A stretch of DNA of 32,000 nt from Megasphaera elsdenii DSM 20460 (GTDB lineage: Bacteria; Bacillota; Negativicutes; Veillonellales; Megasphaeraceae): positions 1,680,001 to 1,712,000 of the forward strand of contig NZ_CP027570.1 in NCBI RefSeq assembly GCF_003010495.1, given 5' to 3'. Below the pieces are notes generated by a model that was given only the letters and a program-made list of their open reading frames with translations, did not search any database and was not told the origin of the DNA. The translations under genes were made by a program, and so were the position numbers. How positions within the stretch are numbered: position 1 is the first letter of the stretch; each line of letters starts with the position of its first letter. Shown in pieces: positions 1 through 8,995 of the stretch.

Positions 1-618
1 CAGCCGGAAGAATATCGGTGCCCTCATGGATATCCGTCCTGATTATGCGAATATAGAACGGGATGGTAAACTGGAAAAAGTCGACCCGGATGATGTAGCT
101 TTAGGTACGACGATAGTCGTCCAGCCCGGTGAACGGGTGCCCTTGGATGGCGTGGTCCTTCGTGGGACATCGAGCCTTAATACGAGTGCCCTGACAGGAG
201 AAAGCCTGCCCAGAGATGTGCAGCAAGGGGATGAAGTCATTAGTGGCTGTATCAATATGACTGGCGTCCTTTACGTGAAGACCACGAAGGAATCCGAAGA
301 GCCATGGGCTCTGATGCAGCTATTGAAGCAGCCGACGTCGTACTCATGGATGATGATCCCTTGCAGATTGCCAATGCTATCCTTTTATCGCGGAAATGTC
401 TGCGTATTGTTTATGAAAATATCGTTTTTGCACTGGGGATAAAATTCCTTTGCCTGGGATTAGGGGCTGTCGGCATTGCTAATATGTGGTTTGCCATTTT
501 TGCTGACGTTGGCGTCATGATCCTGGCTATTCTCAATGCTATCCGGGCCCTTTATGCCCCATCAGTATCCATTAAAAAGGATAGCAGGAAAATGGTTTTG
601 CAACCACAAAGTGAATAA
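1..618 (+). pseudogene. Heavy-metal (Cd/Zn/Co-type) P1B-type ATPase relic with a large internal out-of-frame deletion; 5' end outside window
   Basis: ORF 26..442 encodes the actuator-domain stretch (GERVPLDG, TSALTGES, VISGCINMTGVLYVKTTKESEE) up to about nt 300. ORF 304..618, in another frame, encodes only the extreme C-terminus (MGSDAAIEAADVVLMDDD plus the last TM helices). The CPC membrane motif, DKTGT phosphorylation site and nucleotide-binding domain are absent between them. Confidence 0.7.
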
Positions 619-665
619 AATAATGTATAATAGATTATATAATATGTTTTCAAGGAGGTCTTACG

Positions 666-1082
666 ATGGAAAAGGTAAAAGAACTGGCGGCACAATACCA
701 GCAGGCTGGGAATAATTGTGCTGAAACGGTGGTCAAGGTCTGCAATGATTGTCTGGATTTGAAGCTGCCGCCGGAAACGCTGCGCATGGTATCCGTCCTC
801 GGCGGCGGGGTGGCTGGTTCGGGCTGTATTTGCGGGGCCTTGAATGGGGCCTGCCTGGTCCTGGGCTGTCTTGCCGGCCGGACGACGCCAGAAGAAAAGA
901 CGAAAGCCGAAATCAATCAGCCTGTACGGGAATTTCAGAAAATCTGGCTCGACCGCTTTAAAGCGACGTGCTGCCGCGTCCTCAAGAGTCCGGCCAATGG
1001 CGGTCCCGTATCGTGCGGTGACCTCATGGCCGACACGTCGGTTATGCTCCTCGATTTCATTCGGGAAAAGAAACTGGCTTGA
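666..1082 (+). CDS. C_GCAxxG_C_C family (putative redox-active) protein
   Basis: 138-aa ORF with NCAE near the N-terminus and a GGG..GSGCICGALNGA core typical of the C_GCAxxG_C_C family. AGGAGG RBS lies 6 nt upstream of the ATG. Confidence 0.75.
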   Translation: MEKVKELAAQYQQAGNNCAETVVKVCNDCLDLKLPPETLRMVSVLGGGVAGSGCICGALNGACLVLGCLAGRTTPEEKTKAEINQPVREFQKIWLDRFKATCCRVLKSPANGGPVSCGDLMADTSVMLLDFIREKKLA

Positions 1083-1098
1083 TTTTACGCTTTTTCTC

Positions 1099-1126
1099 TT
1101 GACTTTTTTCGTGGATATGGTATTAT
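1099..1126 (+). promoter_or_regulatory. Sigma-70-like promoter of the tRNA-Pro/tRNA-Ser operon
   Basis: TTGACT (1099-1104), 16-nt spacer, extended -10 TGgTATTAT (1118-1126). tRNA-Pro starts 17 nt downstream. Confidence 0.5.
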
Positions 1127-1142
1127 GTATAAGTCAGGTCTA

Positions 1143-1219
1143 CGGGGCGTAGCGCAGTTTGGTAGCGCGCTTGGTTCGGGACTAAGAGGTCGCAGGTTCA
1201 AATCCTGTCGCCCCGACCA
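1143..1219 (+). tRNA. tRNA-Pro (anticodon CGG)
   Basis: Cloverleaf read by eye: acceptor CGGGGCG/CGCCCCG, anticodon stem CTTGG/CTAAG with loop TTCGGGA, T-arm GCAGG-TTCAAAT-CCTGT, discriminator A and encoded CCA. Confidence 0.9.
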
Positions 1220-1273
1220 TACTTTACATATCGGCATTTATCCCGAAGATGTCAGCAAAGATATGTAAGACGC

Positions 1274-1365
1274 GGAGAGCTGTCCGAGCGGCTGAAGGAG
1301 CATGATTGGAAATCATGTATAGGGCGAACGCTCTATCGTGGGTTCAAATCCCACGCTCTCCGCCA
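1274..1365 (+). tRNA. tRNA-Ser (anticodon GGA)
   Basis: Acceptor GGAGAGC/GCTCTCC, anticodon stem CATGA/TCATG with loop TTGGAAA, long variable arm, T-arm GTGGG-TTCAAAT-CCCAC, encoded CCA. Confidence 0.9.
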
Positions 1366-1380
1366 CACAGGACTTTCAAA

Positions 1381-1426
1381 GGGACTGTCCCATGAAGGGT
1401 TTACCTTCATGGGCAGTCCCTTTTTT
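1381..1426 (+). terminator. Intrinsic terminator after the tRNA operon
   Basis: 17-18 bp stem GGGACTGTCCCATGAAGG / CCTTCATGGGCAGTCCC followed by TTTTTT. Confidence 0.85.
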
Positions 1427-1502
1427 GTATTTCTCCTATTCATCTGGAGTATTTTGTGCTACAATTAAAAACTATAATAAGAAGGGGAAAGAGGGGTTTA
1501 CG

Positions 1503-2423
1503 ATGAGTGCGATTAAAGAAGAACTGGCAGCTTTTATTGCTGCCCATACGAGTGATGATTTTGTCATGACACCGATTACCATGCGCGAGGCGTCGCTGCA
1601 TACGGCGTGGGACCAGGAACTGCCTAAAGTAGCGATGGCGGACGTCGTCGATACGGTGCTGGAAGGCTGCGATGTCTATGATGTGCCGGTCCGGATTTAT
1701 ATTCCTGACACGAGTCGGCCCCTGCCGGTCTTGATTTACTATCATGGCGGCGGGTTTGCCATCGACACGGTCGCTGTCTACGACCCGGTCTGCCGCCGCA
1801 TTGCTCAGGCGACGCAGCATATCGTCATTTCGCCGGAATACCGACTGGCTCCGGAAAATCCCTATCCTGCAGCCTATGAAGATGCCCTGGCCGTGGCCCG
1901 GAAGGCGCTGCCCAAGCTGGATGAACTGCAGATTCCCTATGAAGCCGATTTGACCTTGTGCGGTGACAGCGCCGGCGGCTGTATGGCAGCTTATACGAGC
2001 CAGGCCCTGCAGCACGACACATCTATTCCGCTGACTCATCAGGTCCTGGTCTATCCCTGCCTGGATATGACCCATTCCTTCCCGTCGGTCCGGGAAAACT
2101 GCAATGTCAAAACGGGCTTCACGCCGGCTAAGATGGTCTGGTATTTCAACCAATTCTTCCGCAACGGTGACGACCGCCGGGCCGCTTCACCCCTCTTTGG
2201 GGAATTGTCGGCAGCTATGCCGGCAACGCTGGTCTTGACGACGCAGTTCTGCCCCTTCCGCGACGAAGGCCGCGAGTATGTCCGTCGGCTGACTGCAAAA
2301 GGCGTCCGGGCCGAAACGTATAATTACGACAATATGGTCCATTCATACCTCAATTTTGAAAAAATATGCTACGATGAAATCTGCGATACCTACCGGCGCA
2401 TGGCTGATTTTTTGCAACTGTAA
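1503..2423 (+). CDS. Alpha/beta hydrolase fold-3 esterase/lipase (hormone-sensitive-lipase family)
   Basis: HGGGF oxyanion motif (YYHGGGFA) and GDSAGG nucleophile elbow. Start refined from track ORF 1338 to ATG 1503 (GAGGGG RBS) because upstream codons overlap tRNA-Ser and its terminator. Confidence 0.8.
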   Translation: MSAIKEELAAFIAAHTSDDFVMTPITMREASLHTAWDQELPKVAMADVVDTVLEGCDVYDVPVRIYIPDTSRPLPVLIYYHGGGFAIDTVAVYDPVCRRIAQATQHIVISPEYRLAPENPYPAAYEDALAVARKALPKLDELQIPYEADLTLCGDSAGGCMAAYTSQALQHDTSIPLTHQVLVYPCLDMTHSFPSVRENCNVKTGFTPAKMVWYFNQFFRNGDDRRAASPLFGELSAAMPATLVLTTQFCPFRDEGREYVRRLTAKGVRAETYNYDNMVHSYLNFEKICYDEICDTYRRMADFLQL

Positions 2424-2479
2424 GGAAAATAGCGTATACTAAAGACAGGTATTATGCTGGGTAAAGGATGTGCTTTTTT

Positions 2480-3793
2480 ATGAAGAAATGCCAACATTGC
2501 GGGGCACCTTTACAGGATGGCGACCGATTCTGCCAGGCCTGTGGCGCTGAACAACTACCTGAAGAGGAGTCGAAGAAACGGATTTGTCCGGAATGTGGAA
2601 AGTGGATTCAGGCAGATGGGAAATTCTGCCCCTTCTGTGGATCCGAATTGCCGGAAATGGATGACGATGAACCGGTCATCGATGAAGCGACGGGGACGGA
2701 AACCTTTGTCCATAAGCATCGGGAACCCGTCCGCGACGAAGAACCGCCTCGTTCACCGCAGCCGATGGAACGGCCGGTCATGACGGGCCGGCCAACGCCG
2801 CCGCCTTTTCAGGAACCGCCTTTTTACGTGCGCTATCGGAAAGGTATCATCACTGCCGTCGTCGTCCTCATCTTGGCTGTAGCTGCCGCTGTGGCTTTCC
2901 ACTTCTATGGCAGCCGCAGCAGCGGGGATTACGTCAAGGATGCCGTTTCCTTATCACAGCAGTTGTCTTCGGAAAATGAGTCCGTCACCGATACGGCTAA
3001 GCGCCTGAGCCAGAAGAGCAAAGGCGACGACGTCGATTCCCTGGTCAAGGATCTGGGCAAGAGCCGCAAGAACGTGGAAAAGATGGCCAAGAATTACCAG
3101 CCCAAGAACATTCCCGACCAGTATGCATCCGATGACCAGGCCATCCGCGAAGTCATGCGCGACCAGATGGCCATGTACGATACGGCCATAGCCATTGCTG
3201 AAAATCCCAAAGACGATGCCATCAGCGAAAAGCTCGATGACCTGCGCGATGAAGTCCAGAAAGCCAAGAAGACGGCGCGGACCATTAAGGTGCCTGGTGC
3301 TGATTTTACGGGAGCCGTCGATGGCGATAACCTGGTCAGCTATCTGGAAAAATACGTCAGCGTCCAGACCAAGCCCGACGAAACGCCTCAGCCCGAGGTG
3401 AAGGCCGACCCGGATAAGCAGGTCCTGTCATCCTATGCCAGCAGCAAAGATTTGTTCAACGACGATATCGGCAAACTGGCCGGCGACATCAACGCCTACT
3501 TGAGCAATCACCCCGATTTCAAAGGGACCCGCGAATTTACGAGCCGGGCCAATACGCTCTACATCCAGATGTCCAAGACCCGCAATCAGCTGGAAAACGA
3601 TACGTCCATCGACAATACGGCCATGAAATACAAACTCGATGCCCTGTTCCAGGCCGAACAAGACCGCATCCGCGGCCTCTATGACGGCGTCAGCGCCAGC
3701 CAGCGCGGCCAGGACTACCGCCCCGGCTTCCAGCGTGGCCAGGCCGCCTCGAACCGCTACGATAAATTGAATGATGAATGGAATAGGTTATAA
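2480..3793 (+). CDS. Double zinc-ribbon membrane-anchored protein of unknown function
   Basis: N-terminus has two CxxC..CxxC zinc ribbons (CQHCG..CQACG; CPECG..CPFCG), a Pro-rich linker, one TM helix (IITAVVVLILAVAAAVAF) and about 290 aa of charged extracytoplasmic domain. ATG 2480 is preferred over 2468 because AAAGGA lies 11 nt upstream. Confidence 0.6.
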   Translation: MKKCQHCGAPLQDGDRFCQACGAEQLPEEESKKRICPECGKWIQADGKFCPFCGSELPEMDDDEPVIDEATGTETFVHKHREPVRDEEPPRSPQPMERPVMTGRPTPPPFQEPPFYVRYRKGIITAVVVLILAVAAAVAFHFYGSRSSGDYVKDAVSLSQQLSSENESVTDTAKRLSQKSKGDDVDSLVKDLGKSRKNVEKMAKNYQPKNIPDQYASDDQAIREVMRDQMAMYDTAIAIAENPKDDAISEKLDDLRDEVQKAKKTARTIKVPGADFTGAVDGDNLVSYLEKYVSVQTKPDETPQPEVKADPDKQVLSSYASSKDLFNDDIGKLAGDINAYLSNHPDFKGTREFTSRANTLYIQMSKTRNQLENDTSIDNTAMKYKLDALFQAEQDRIRGLYDGVSASQRGQDYRPGFQRGQAASNRYDKLNDEWNRL

Positions 3794-4047
<254 letters not shown>

Positions 4048-4086
4048 AGAAAAAATTTTAATTTAAAACCATCCACTAACAACTTT

Positions 4087-4120
4087 AAAGGGCTTGTCGT
4101 CGTGCGACAAGCCCTTTTTC
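4087..4120. terminator. Bidirectional intrinsic terminator between convergent zinc-ribbon gene and tex
   Basis: 13-bp stem AAAGGGCTTGTCG / CGACAAGCCCTTT with flanking A and T runs. It lies 5 nt from the tex stop codon. Confidence 0.7.
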
Positions 4121-4124
4121 ACAC

Positions 4125-6290
4125 TCATTTCTTCACTTTTTTCATGGACAGGCCGATGCGGCCGCGGGCGGCATCGACGCTGATGATTTCGGCTTCTACG
4201 ATGTCGCCGGCGTGGACGACGTCTGTCGGATGGCGGAAGGGGTGACGGCTCAGCTGGGAGCGGTGCACCAGGCCCGGTGTCTTTAGGCCAAAGTCGACGA
4301 AGGCGCCGAAGTCGACGACGTTCTGGACGGTGCCGCGGACGACGGTGCCAATCTGCAGGTCGTCCAGGCTCATGACGTGGCGGCGCGTCAGCGGTTTCGG
4401 AAATTCGCTGCGGACGTCGCGCCCCGGTTTTCGCAGTTCTTCCAAGATGTCCTTGATCGTCGGTTCGCCGGCATCGAGGACGGCGGCCAGTTTCGGTGCC
4501 GCGTTCATCTGTATCTTATCGCGCAGGCCGGCCAGCTTGTCCGGGTCCTTCAGGTCTTCATGGGACAGGCCGTAATGGCTGGCGATTTTTTCGGCCAGTC
4601 CGTACGATTCGGGATGGACCGACGTATTATCCAGGGGCTCGATGCCGTCTTTGATGCGCAGGAAACCGGCGCACTGCGTGAAGGTCGCCGGGCCCAGGCG
4701 GGGGACGTTGAGCAGGTCCTGCCGGTTCTGGAAGGGACCGTTTTCATCGCGGTAGGCGACGATGTTCGCAGCCGTTGCCGCCGTCAGGCCGGAAATGTGC
4801 TGCAATAAGGCGGCCGATGCCGTATTGAGGTCGACACCGACATAGTTGACGACCGACGTGACGACCTGGTCCAGGGCGGCCGACAAGGCTTTCTGGTTGA
4901 CGTCGTGCTGATACTGGCCGACGCCGATGGCCCGCGGGTCGATCTTGACCGATTCGGCCAGGGGGTCCTGGATGCGGCGGGCAATGGAGACGGCGCCGCG
5001 GATGGTGACGTCCAGGTCCGGCAGTTCTTCCCGGGCCAGGTCCGAGGCGGAATAGACGGATGCGCCGGCTTCGTTGGCGATGACGTAGCGGCAGGATAAC
5101 TGGTAATCGGCGATGAGGGACGAGACGAATTGTTCCGTTTCATACGAAGCCGTCCCGTTGCCGATGGAAATGAGGGTGACGCCGTATTTCTGGATCATCC
5201 GGGCCAGGGTCTTGGCGCTCTGTTCCTTCTGGTAGGCCGATTTCGTCAGGTAATAGGTCCCATAGGCGAGGACGCGCCCCGTGGCGTCGATGATGGCTGC
5301 TTTGCAGCCCGTGCGGAAGCCCGGGTCGAGGCCCAGGATGGTCTGGCCGGCGAAGGGCGGCTGCAGCAGGACGTGGCGGAGATTTTCCGCAAAGACGTCG
5401 ATGGCCTGCTTTTCGGCCTGCGCCGTCAGTTCGTTGCGGATTTCCCGTTCCATCTGCGGCGAAATGAGGCGCTTGTAGCTGTCGGCGGCGGCGTCGCAGA
5501 GAATCACTTCATACGGCGAGTGACGCTGGATGACTAAGCGGCAGAGCCTGTCGATGTGTTCATCGGCCGGCTCTTTTAGGGTCACTTTCAGTTTTTTCTC
5601 ATTTTCGCCGCGGTTGATGGCCAGGATGCGGTAGCTCGGGATGCGGGCGATGCGTTCGCTGAAATCGGCGTAGGTCAGCATGGGGCCGGCTTCGCTCTCT
5701 TCGACTTGCAGGCTGCAGGTCAGGCGGGCCTGGTGCCACAGGTCGCGGCGCAGGATGCGGCGGAAATCGGCCCGTTCGGAAAAGCGTTCGGCCAGGATAT
5801 TGGCAGCGCCCTGGATGGCGTCTTCGACGGAAGGCACTTCGTCGGTGAGGTAGGCCTGAGCGGCTTTTTCCGGCGCCGGGCCATTGGCTTTTTGCGACAG
5901 GAACAGGTCGGCCAGGGGTTCCAGGCCGGCTTCGCGGGCCATGGAGGCTTTCGTCCGTTTTTTCGGCTTATACGGCAAATAGAGGTCTTCTACGTCCTGG
6001 AGCTGCCGGGCCGCTTCCAGTTCCTCGGCCAGTTCGTTGTTCCAGCAGCCCTGGTCGATGATGGACTGGCGGACCGTTTCCTTGCGGCTGGCCAGGGCCT
6101 GTTCATAGTCATATTGCTCCTGGATGCAGCGGAGTTGGACTTCATCGAGGCTCCCCGTCGCTTCTTTCCGGTATCGGGCGATAAAGGGAAGTGTATTGCC
6201 CTGTGCAAAGAGGGAAAGGGCAGATTGGACTTGGGATGGCTGTATACCCAGGGTCCTGGCGATTTCAGCGATCATCGTTTCCTCTGTCAT
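4125..6290 (-). CDS. tex: Tex-like transcription accessory protein (YqgF/HHH/S1 RNA-binding domains)
   Basis: 721-aa ORF with the canonical Tex N-terminus (IAEIARTLGIQPSQVQSALSLFAQGNTLPFIARYRKE), central YqgF-like region and C-terminal S1 domain (GTVQNVVDFGAFVDFG). Confidence 0.9.
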   Translation of the reverse strand: MTEETMIAEIARTLGIQPSQVQSALSLFAQGNTLPFIARYRKEATGSLDEVQLRCIQEQYDYEQALASRKETVRQSIIDQGCWNNELAEELEAARQLQDVEDLYLPYKPKKRTKASMAREAGLEPLADLFLSQKANGPAPEKAAQAYLTDEVPSVEDAIQGAANILAERFSERADFRRILRRDLWHQARLTCSLQVEESEAGPMLTYADFSERIARIPSYRILAINRGENEKKLKVTLKEPADEHIDRLCRLVIQRHSPYEVILCDAAADSYKRLISPQMEREIRNELTAQAEKQAIDVFAENLRHVLLQPPFAGQTILGLDPGFRTGCKAAIIDATGRVLAYGTYYLTKSAYQKEQSAKTLARMIQKYGVTLISIGNGTASYETEQFVSSLIADYQLSCRYVIANEAGASVYSASDLAREELPDLDVTIRGAVSIARRIQDPLAESVKIDPRAIGVGQYQHDVNQKALSAALDQVVTSVVNYVGVDLNTASAALLQHISGLTAATAANIVAYRDENGPFQNRQDLLNVPRLGPATFTQCAGFLRIKDGIEPLDNTSVHPESYGLAEKIASHYGLSHEDLKDPDKLAGLRDKIQMNAAPKLAAVLDAGEPTIKDILEELRKPGRDVRSEFPKPLTRRHVMSLDDLQIGTVVRGTVQNVVDFGAFVDFGLKTPGLVHRSQLSRHPFRHPTDVVHAGDIVEAEIISVDAARGRIGLSMKKVKK

Positions 6291-6311
6291 GATTACCTTC
6301 CTTCCTAACTG

Positions 6312-6331
6312 AATAATTAATATTACTTATT
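6312..6331. promoter_or_regulatory. 20-bp near-perfect AT-rich palindrome, candidate operator in the tex/fur divergent region
   Basis: AATAATTAATATTACTTATT matches its own reverse complement at 18 of 20 positions and lies 22 nt upstream of the tex start codon. Confidence 0.3.
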
Positions 6332-6357
6332 GTGTAAGAAAAATTTCCCATAAAGCG

Positions 6358-6386
6358 TTGAAATTTTTCTTGATAACCGTTACAAT
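6358..6386 (+). promoter_or_regulatory. Sigma-70-like promoter of the fur-family gene
   Basis: TTGAAA (6358-6363), 17-nt spacer, TACAAT (6381-6386). Confidence 0.5.
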
Positions 6387-6484
6387 ATAATACAGGATAC
6401 TCCCCAGTATTCTGTACGATTCCAAGCTGAAATAAAGCTAGAATATCTTATTATACCATAGTTTTCCAAGAAAGGGGGATAAAA

Positions 6485-6895
6485 ATGGAAATTGCTGAAG
6501 TTTTGCGAAAAAACGGCTATAAAGTAACTCCGCAGCGCCTGGCTGTGTACGAAGCCATCAATCACAATCCGACGCATCCCAATGCCGAGGCGATTTACAA
6601 GATATTACAGCCCAATTATCCGTCTATGAGTCTGGCTACGGTCTACAAGACGATGGAAATCTTTGCCAAAATTGGCGTTGTCCAGGTCTTGCAGTGCGCA
6701 GAAGATGCCCATCGCTATGATTATAATACAACTCCCCATGCCCATATTCGTTGCGAAAAATGCAACCGCGTCATCGATATCGACATGGACCAGGAGGGAT
6801 TGCGTCAGCAGGCGGCTGAACAGAGCGGCTTCGTCGTCAACGGCGTCAGTATTTCGTTTGTCGGGATTTGCCCGGAATGTCGGGAAAAATCGTAA
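6485..6895 (+). CDS. Fur-family metalloregulator (Fur/PerR/Zur type not resolvable)
   Basis: 136 aa with an N-terminal winged helix (KVTPQRLAVYEAI), HAHIRCEKCNRV and C-terminal CPEC, forming the two CxxC pairs of Fur-family proteins. Confidence 0.85.
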   Translation: MEIAEVLRKNGYKVTPQRLAVYEAINHNPTHPNAEAIYKILQPNYPSMSLATVYKTMEIFAKIGVVQVLQCAEDAHRYDYNTTPHAHIRCEKCNRVIDIDMDQEGLRQQAAEQSGFVVNGVSISFVGICPECREKS

Positions 6896-6926
6896 GTATT
6901 TGATTTTCATATAGTCTAGGGATAGG

Positions 6927-6971
6927 GGCTGCTGCATGAGGCCGGACGGGCTTTGTGCGGCAGCCTTTTTT
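6927..6971 (+). terminator. Intrinsic terminator after the fur-family gene
   Basis: Stem GGCTGCTGCA / TGCGGCAGCC (one G-U pair) followed by TTTTTT. Confidence 0.65.
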
Positions 6972-6998
6972 GTTATCCGTCGCGCAGGAGGAAAAAAT

Positions 6999-7829
6999 AT
7001 GTTGCATATTGGATGTCATTTATCGGTTTCACAAGGATTTTTGCACATGGGTGGCGAAGCTTTATCTATAGGGGCAGATACGTTCCAGTTTTTCTCCCGC
7101 AATCCCCGAGGCAGCGGCGTCCGCAAACTGGACGTCGACGACATACAGGCCCTGAACCAGCTCATGGCGGACCATCATTTCGCGCCTATCCTGGCCCATG
7201 CGCCGTATACGTTGAACGGCTGTTCAAAGACGGCCAAGACGCGGGATTTCGCCCGCCAGGCCATGGCCGATGACCTGCGCCGTCTGGAATACGTCGACAA
7301 CTGCCGGTATAACTTCCATCCCGGCAGCCACGTCGGCCAGGGCGCTGAAACGGGGATCGCCCTCATTGCCGACCTGCTCAACACCTGCATGTTCCCGGGC
7401 CAGAAGACGACGGTCCTCTTAGAAACCATGGCCGGCAAGGGGACGGAAGTGGGCCGGACCTTTGAGGAACTGGCAGCCATCATCGACAAAGTCGCCATGA
7501 ACGAGAAGCTCGGCGTCTGCCTCGATACGTGCCACGGCTTCGATGGCGGCTACGACATCGTCCACCACCTGGACGACGTATTGACGGCTTTCGACAAGGT
7601 CATCGGCCTGGAACGACTGAAAGCCGTCCATATCAACGACAGCAAGAACGAGCTGGCCAGCCATAAGGACCGCCACGAAAAAATCGGCGACGGCCATATC
7701 GGCCTCGAAGCCTTCCAGGCCATCGTCAACCATCCGGCCCTGCGGAACCTGCCTTTTTACTTGGAAACACCGAACGACCTCGACGGGTATGCCCGGGAAA
7801 TCGCCTTGTTGCGGTCTTTGCAGCAGTAA
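6999..7829 (+). CDS. nfo: Deoxyribonuclease IV (endonuclease IV, AP endonuclease family 2)
   Basis: [44 protein letters not shown] motifs. Start refined to ATG 6999 with AGGAGG 8 nt upstream, because track ORF 6936 begins inside the upstream terminator. Confidence 0.9.
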   Translation: MLHIGCHLSVSQGFLHMGGEALSIGADTFQFFSRNPRGSGVRKLDVDDIQALNQLMADHHFAPILAHAPYTLNGCSKTAKTRDFARQAMADDLRRLEYVDNCRYNFHPGSHVGQGAETGIALIADLLNTCMFPGQKTTVLLETMAGKGTEVGRTFEELAAIIDKVAMNEKLGVCLDTCHGFDGGYDIVHHLDDVLTAFDKVIGLERLKAVHINDSKNELASHKDRHEKIGDGHIGLEAFQAIVNHPALRNLPFYLETPNDLDGYAREIALLRSLQQ

Positions 7830-7849
7830 TTGTCCGAAGGAGGGATTCC

Positions 7850-8995
7850 ATGCGTATTTTACATACAGCGGACTGGCATTTAGGGAAATTATTCTATGGG
7901 AACTACTTGACCGAAGACCAGGCCTATGTCCTGGAACAGCAGTTCCTGCCCCTGCTCCGGGACGAAGGCATCGACGCCGTCGTCCTGGCCGGCGATGTCT
8001 ACGACCGCAGCCTGCCGCCGGCAGAGGCTGTCGAACTCTTTGATGATATCGCGACGAAGATAACAGCTGATTTGAAGATCCCCTTCCTGGTCATCAGCGG
8101 CAACCACGACAGCCCGGCCCGCCTGTCCTTTGCCAGCCGCCTCCTGGCGCCGCAGGGGCTCTATATCGCCGGCGAATTGGATCGACTCACCGGGCCTGTG
8201 GTCTTAGAAGATGAAGCGGGTCCCGTCGCCTTCCTGACGATTCCCTATGCCGAACCGGCCGTAGTCCGGCAGGTCCTTGGCCAGGAAACGGTCCGCAGCC
8301 ACCAGCAGGCTATGGAAGCCCTGCTGGCCTGGCAGGCCCAGGCCGTTCCCAAAGGGGCGCGCACGGTCTGCATCGCCCATGCCTTTGTCGCCGGCGGCGT
8401 AGCCGGCGATTCCGAGCGGCCCTTGTCCATCGGCGGGACGGACCAGGTGGCAGGCAGCCTCTTCGCGCCTTTTACGTATACGGCCCTGGGCCATCTCCAC
8501 GGCCCGCAGAAAGTCACGAGCGATACCATCCGCTATGCCGGCAGCCTGCTCAAATATTCTTTTGGCGAAGCCCGACAGCATAAAGGGGCAGTCATCGCCG
8601 ATATCGGAGCAGACGGGCAGGTAGATCTTACCTTCCGGGACTTCGCACCGCGCCACGACGTGCGCATCGTCAGCGGTTCTTTCGAGGCCATCATGGCCGC
8701 CGATGACGACCGGCCGGACGATTTCATCCTGGCCCGACTGGACGATACGCAGCCCATCCTCGACGGCATGGCCAAACTGCGGCGCAAGTATCCCAACGCC
8801 ATGGCCCTGGAAATGCCCAACCGCAACACCCAGGCCGCCGGCCAGCGCGACTTTGATCTGCAGCAGGTGACGGAACGCGAATTGTTCACCGGTTTTGCCC
8901 AGGCCATGCGGCCGGACCAGCCCTTGACCGAGGCCGAACGGGCCTGTGTCCGCGCCTTGTGGGACGAATTGGAAAAAGGGGGCAGCTTATTATGA
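7850..8995 (+). CDS. sbcD: Exonuclease SbcCD, nuclease subunit D (Mre11-like)
   Basis: MRILHTADWHLGK start, GDVYD, GNHD and GHLH phosphoesterase motifs. The stop TGA overlaps the sbcC ATG (ATGA). Confidence 0.9.
   Translation: MRILHTADWHLGKLFYGNYLTEDQAYVLEQQFLPLLRDEGIDAVVLAGDVYDRSLPPAEAVELFDDIATKITADLKIPFLVISGNHDSPARLSFASRLLAPQGLYIAGELDRLTGPVVLEDEAGPVAFLTIPYAEPAVVRQVLGQETVRSHQQAMEALLAWQAQAVPKGARTVCIAHAFVAGGVAGDSERPLSIGGTDQVAGSLFAPFTYTALGHLHGPQKVTSDTIRYAGSLLKYSFGEARQHKGAVIADIGADGQVDLTFRDFAPRHDVRIVSGSFEAIMAADDDRPDDFILARLDDTQPILDGMAKLRRKYPNAMALEMPNRNTQAAGQRDFDLQQVTERELFTGFAQAMRPDQPLTEAERACVRALWDELEKGGSLL

Noticed and set aside
304-618. 104-aa ORF considered as an independent small membrane protein gene
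   Set aside because: It corresponds precisely to the C-terminal end of a P1B-type ATPase and is contiguous with the upstream actuator-domain fragment. It is best explained as the distal part of a deleted pseudogene. Expression cannot be excluded.
1366-3793. Integrated mobile element next to tRNA-Ser, a common integration hotspot
   Set aside because: There is no integrase, no duplicated tRNA 3' end (att-like direct repeat) and no phage or IS genes. The downstream genes (esterase, zinc-ribbon protein) have the host's codon bias.
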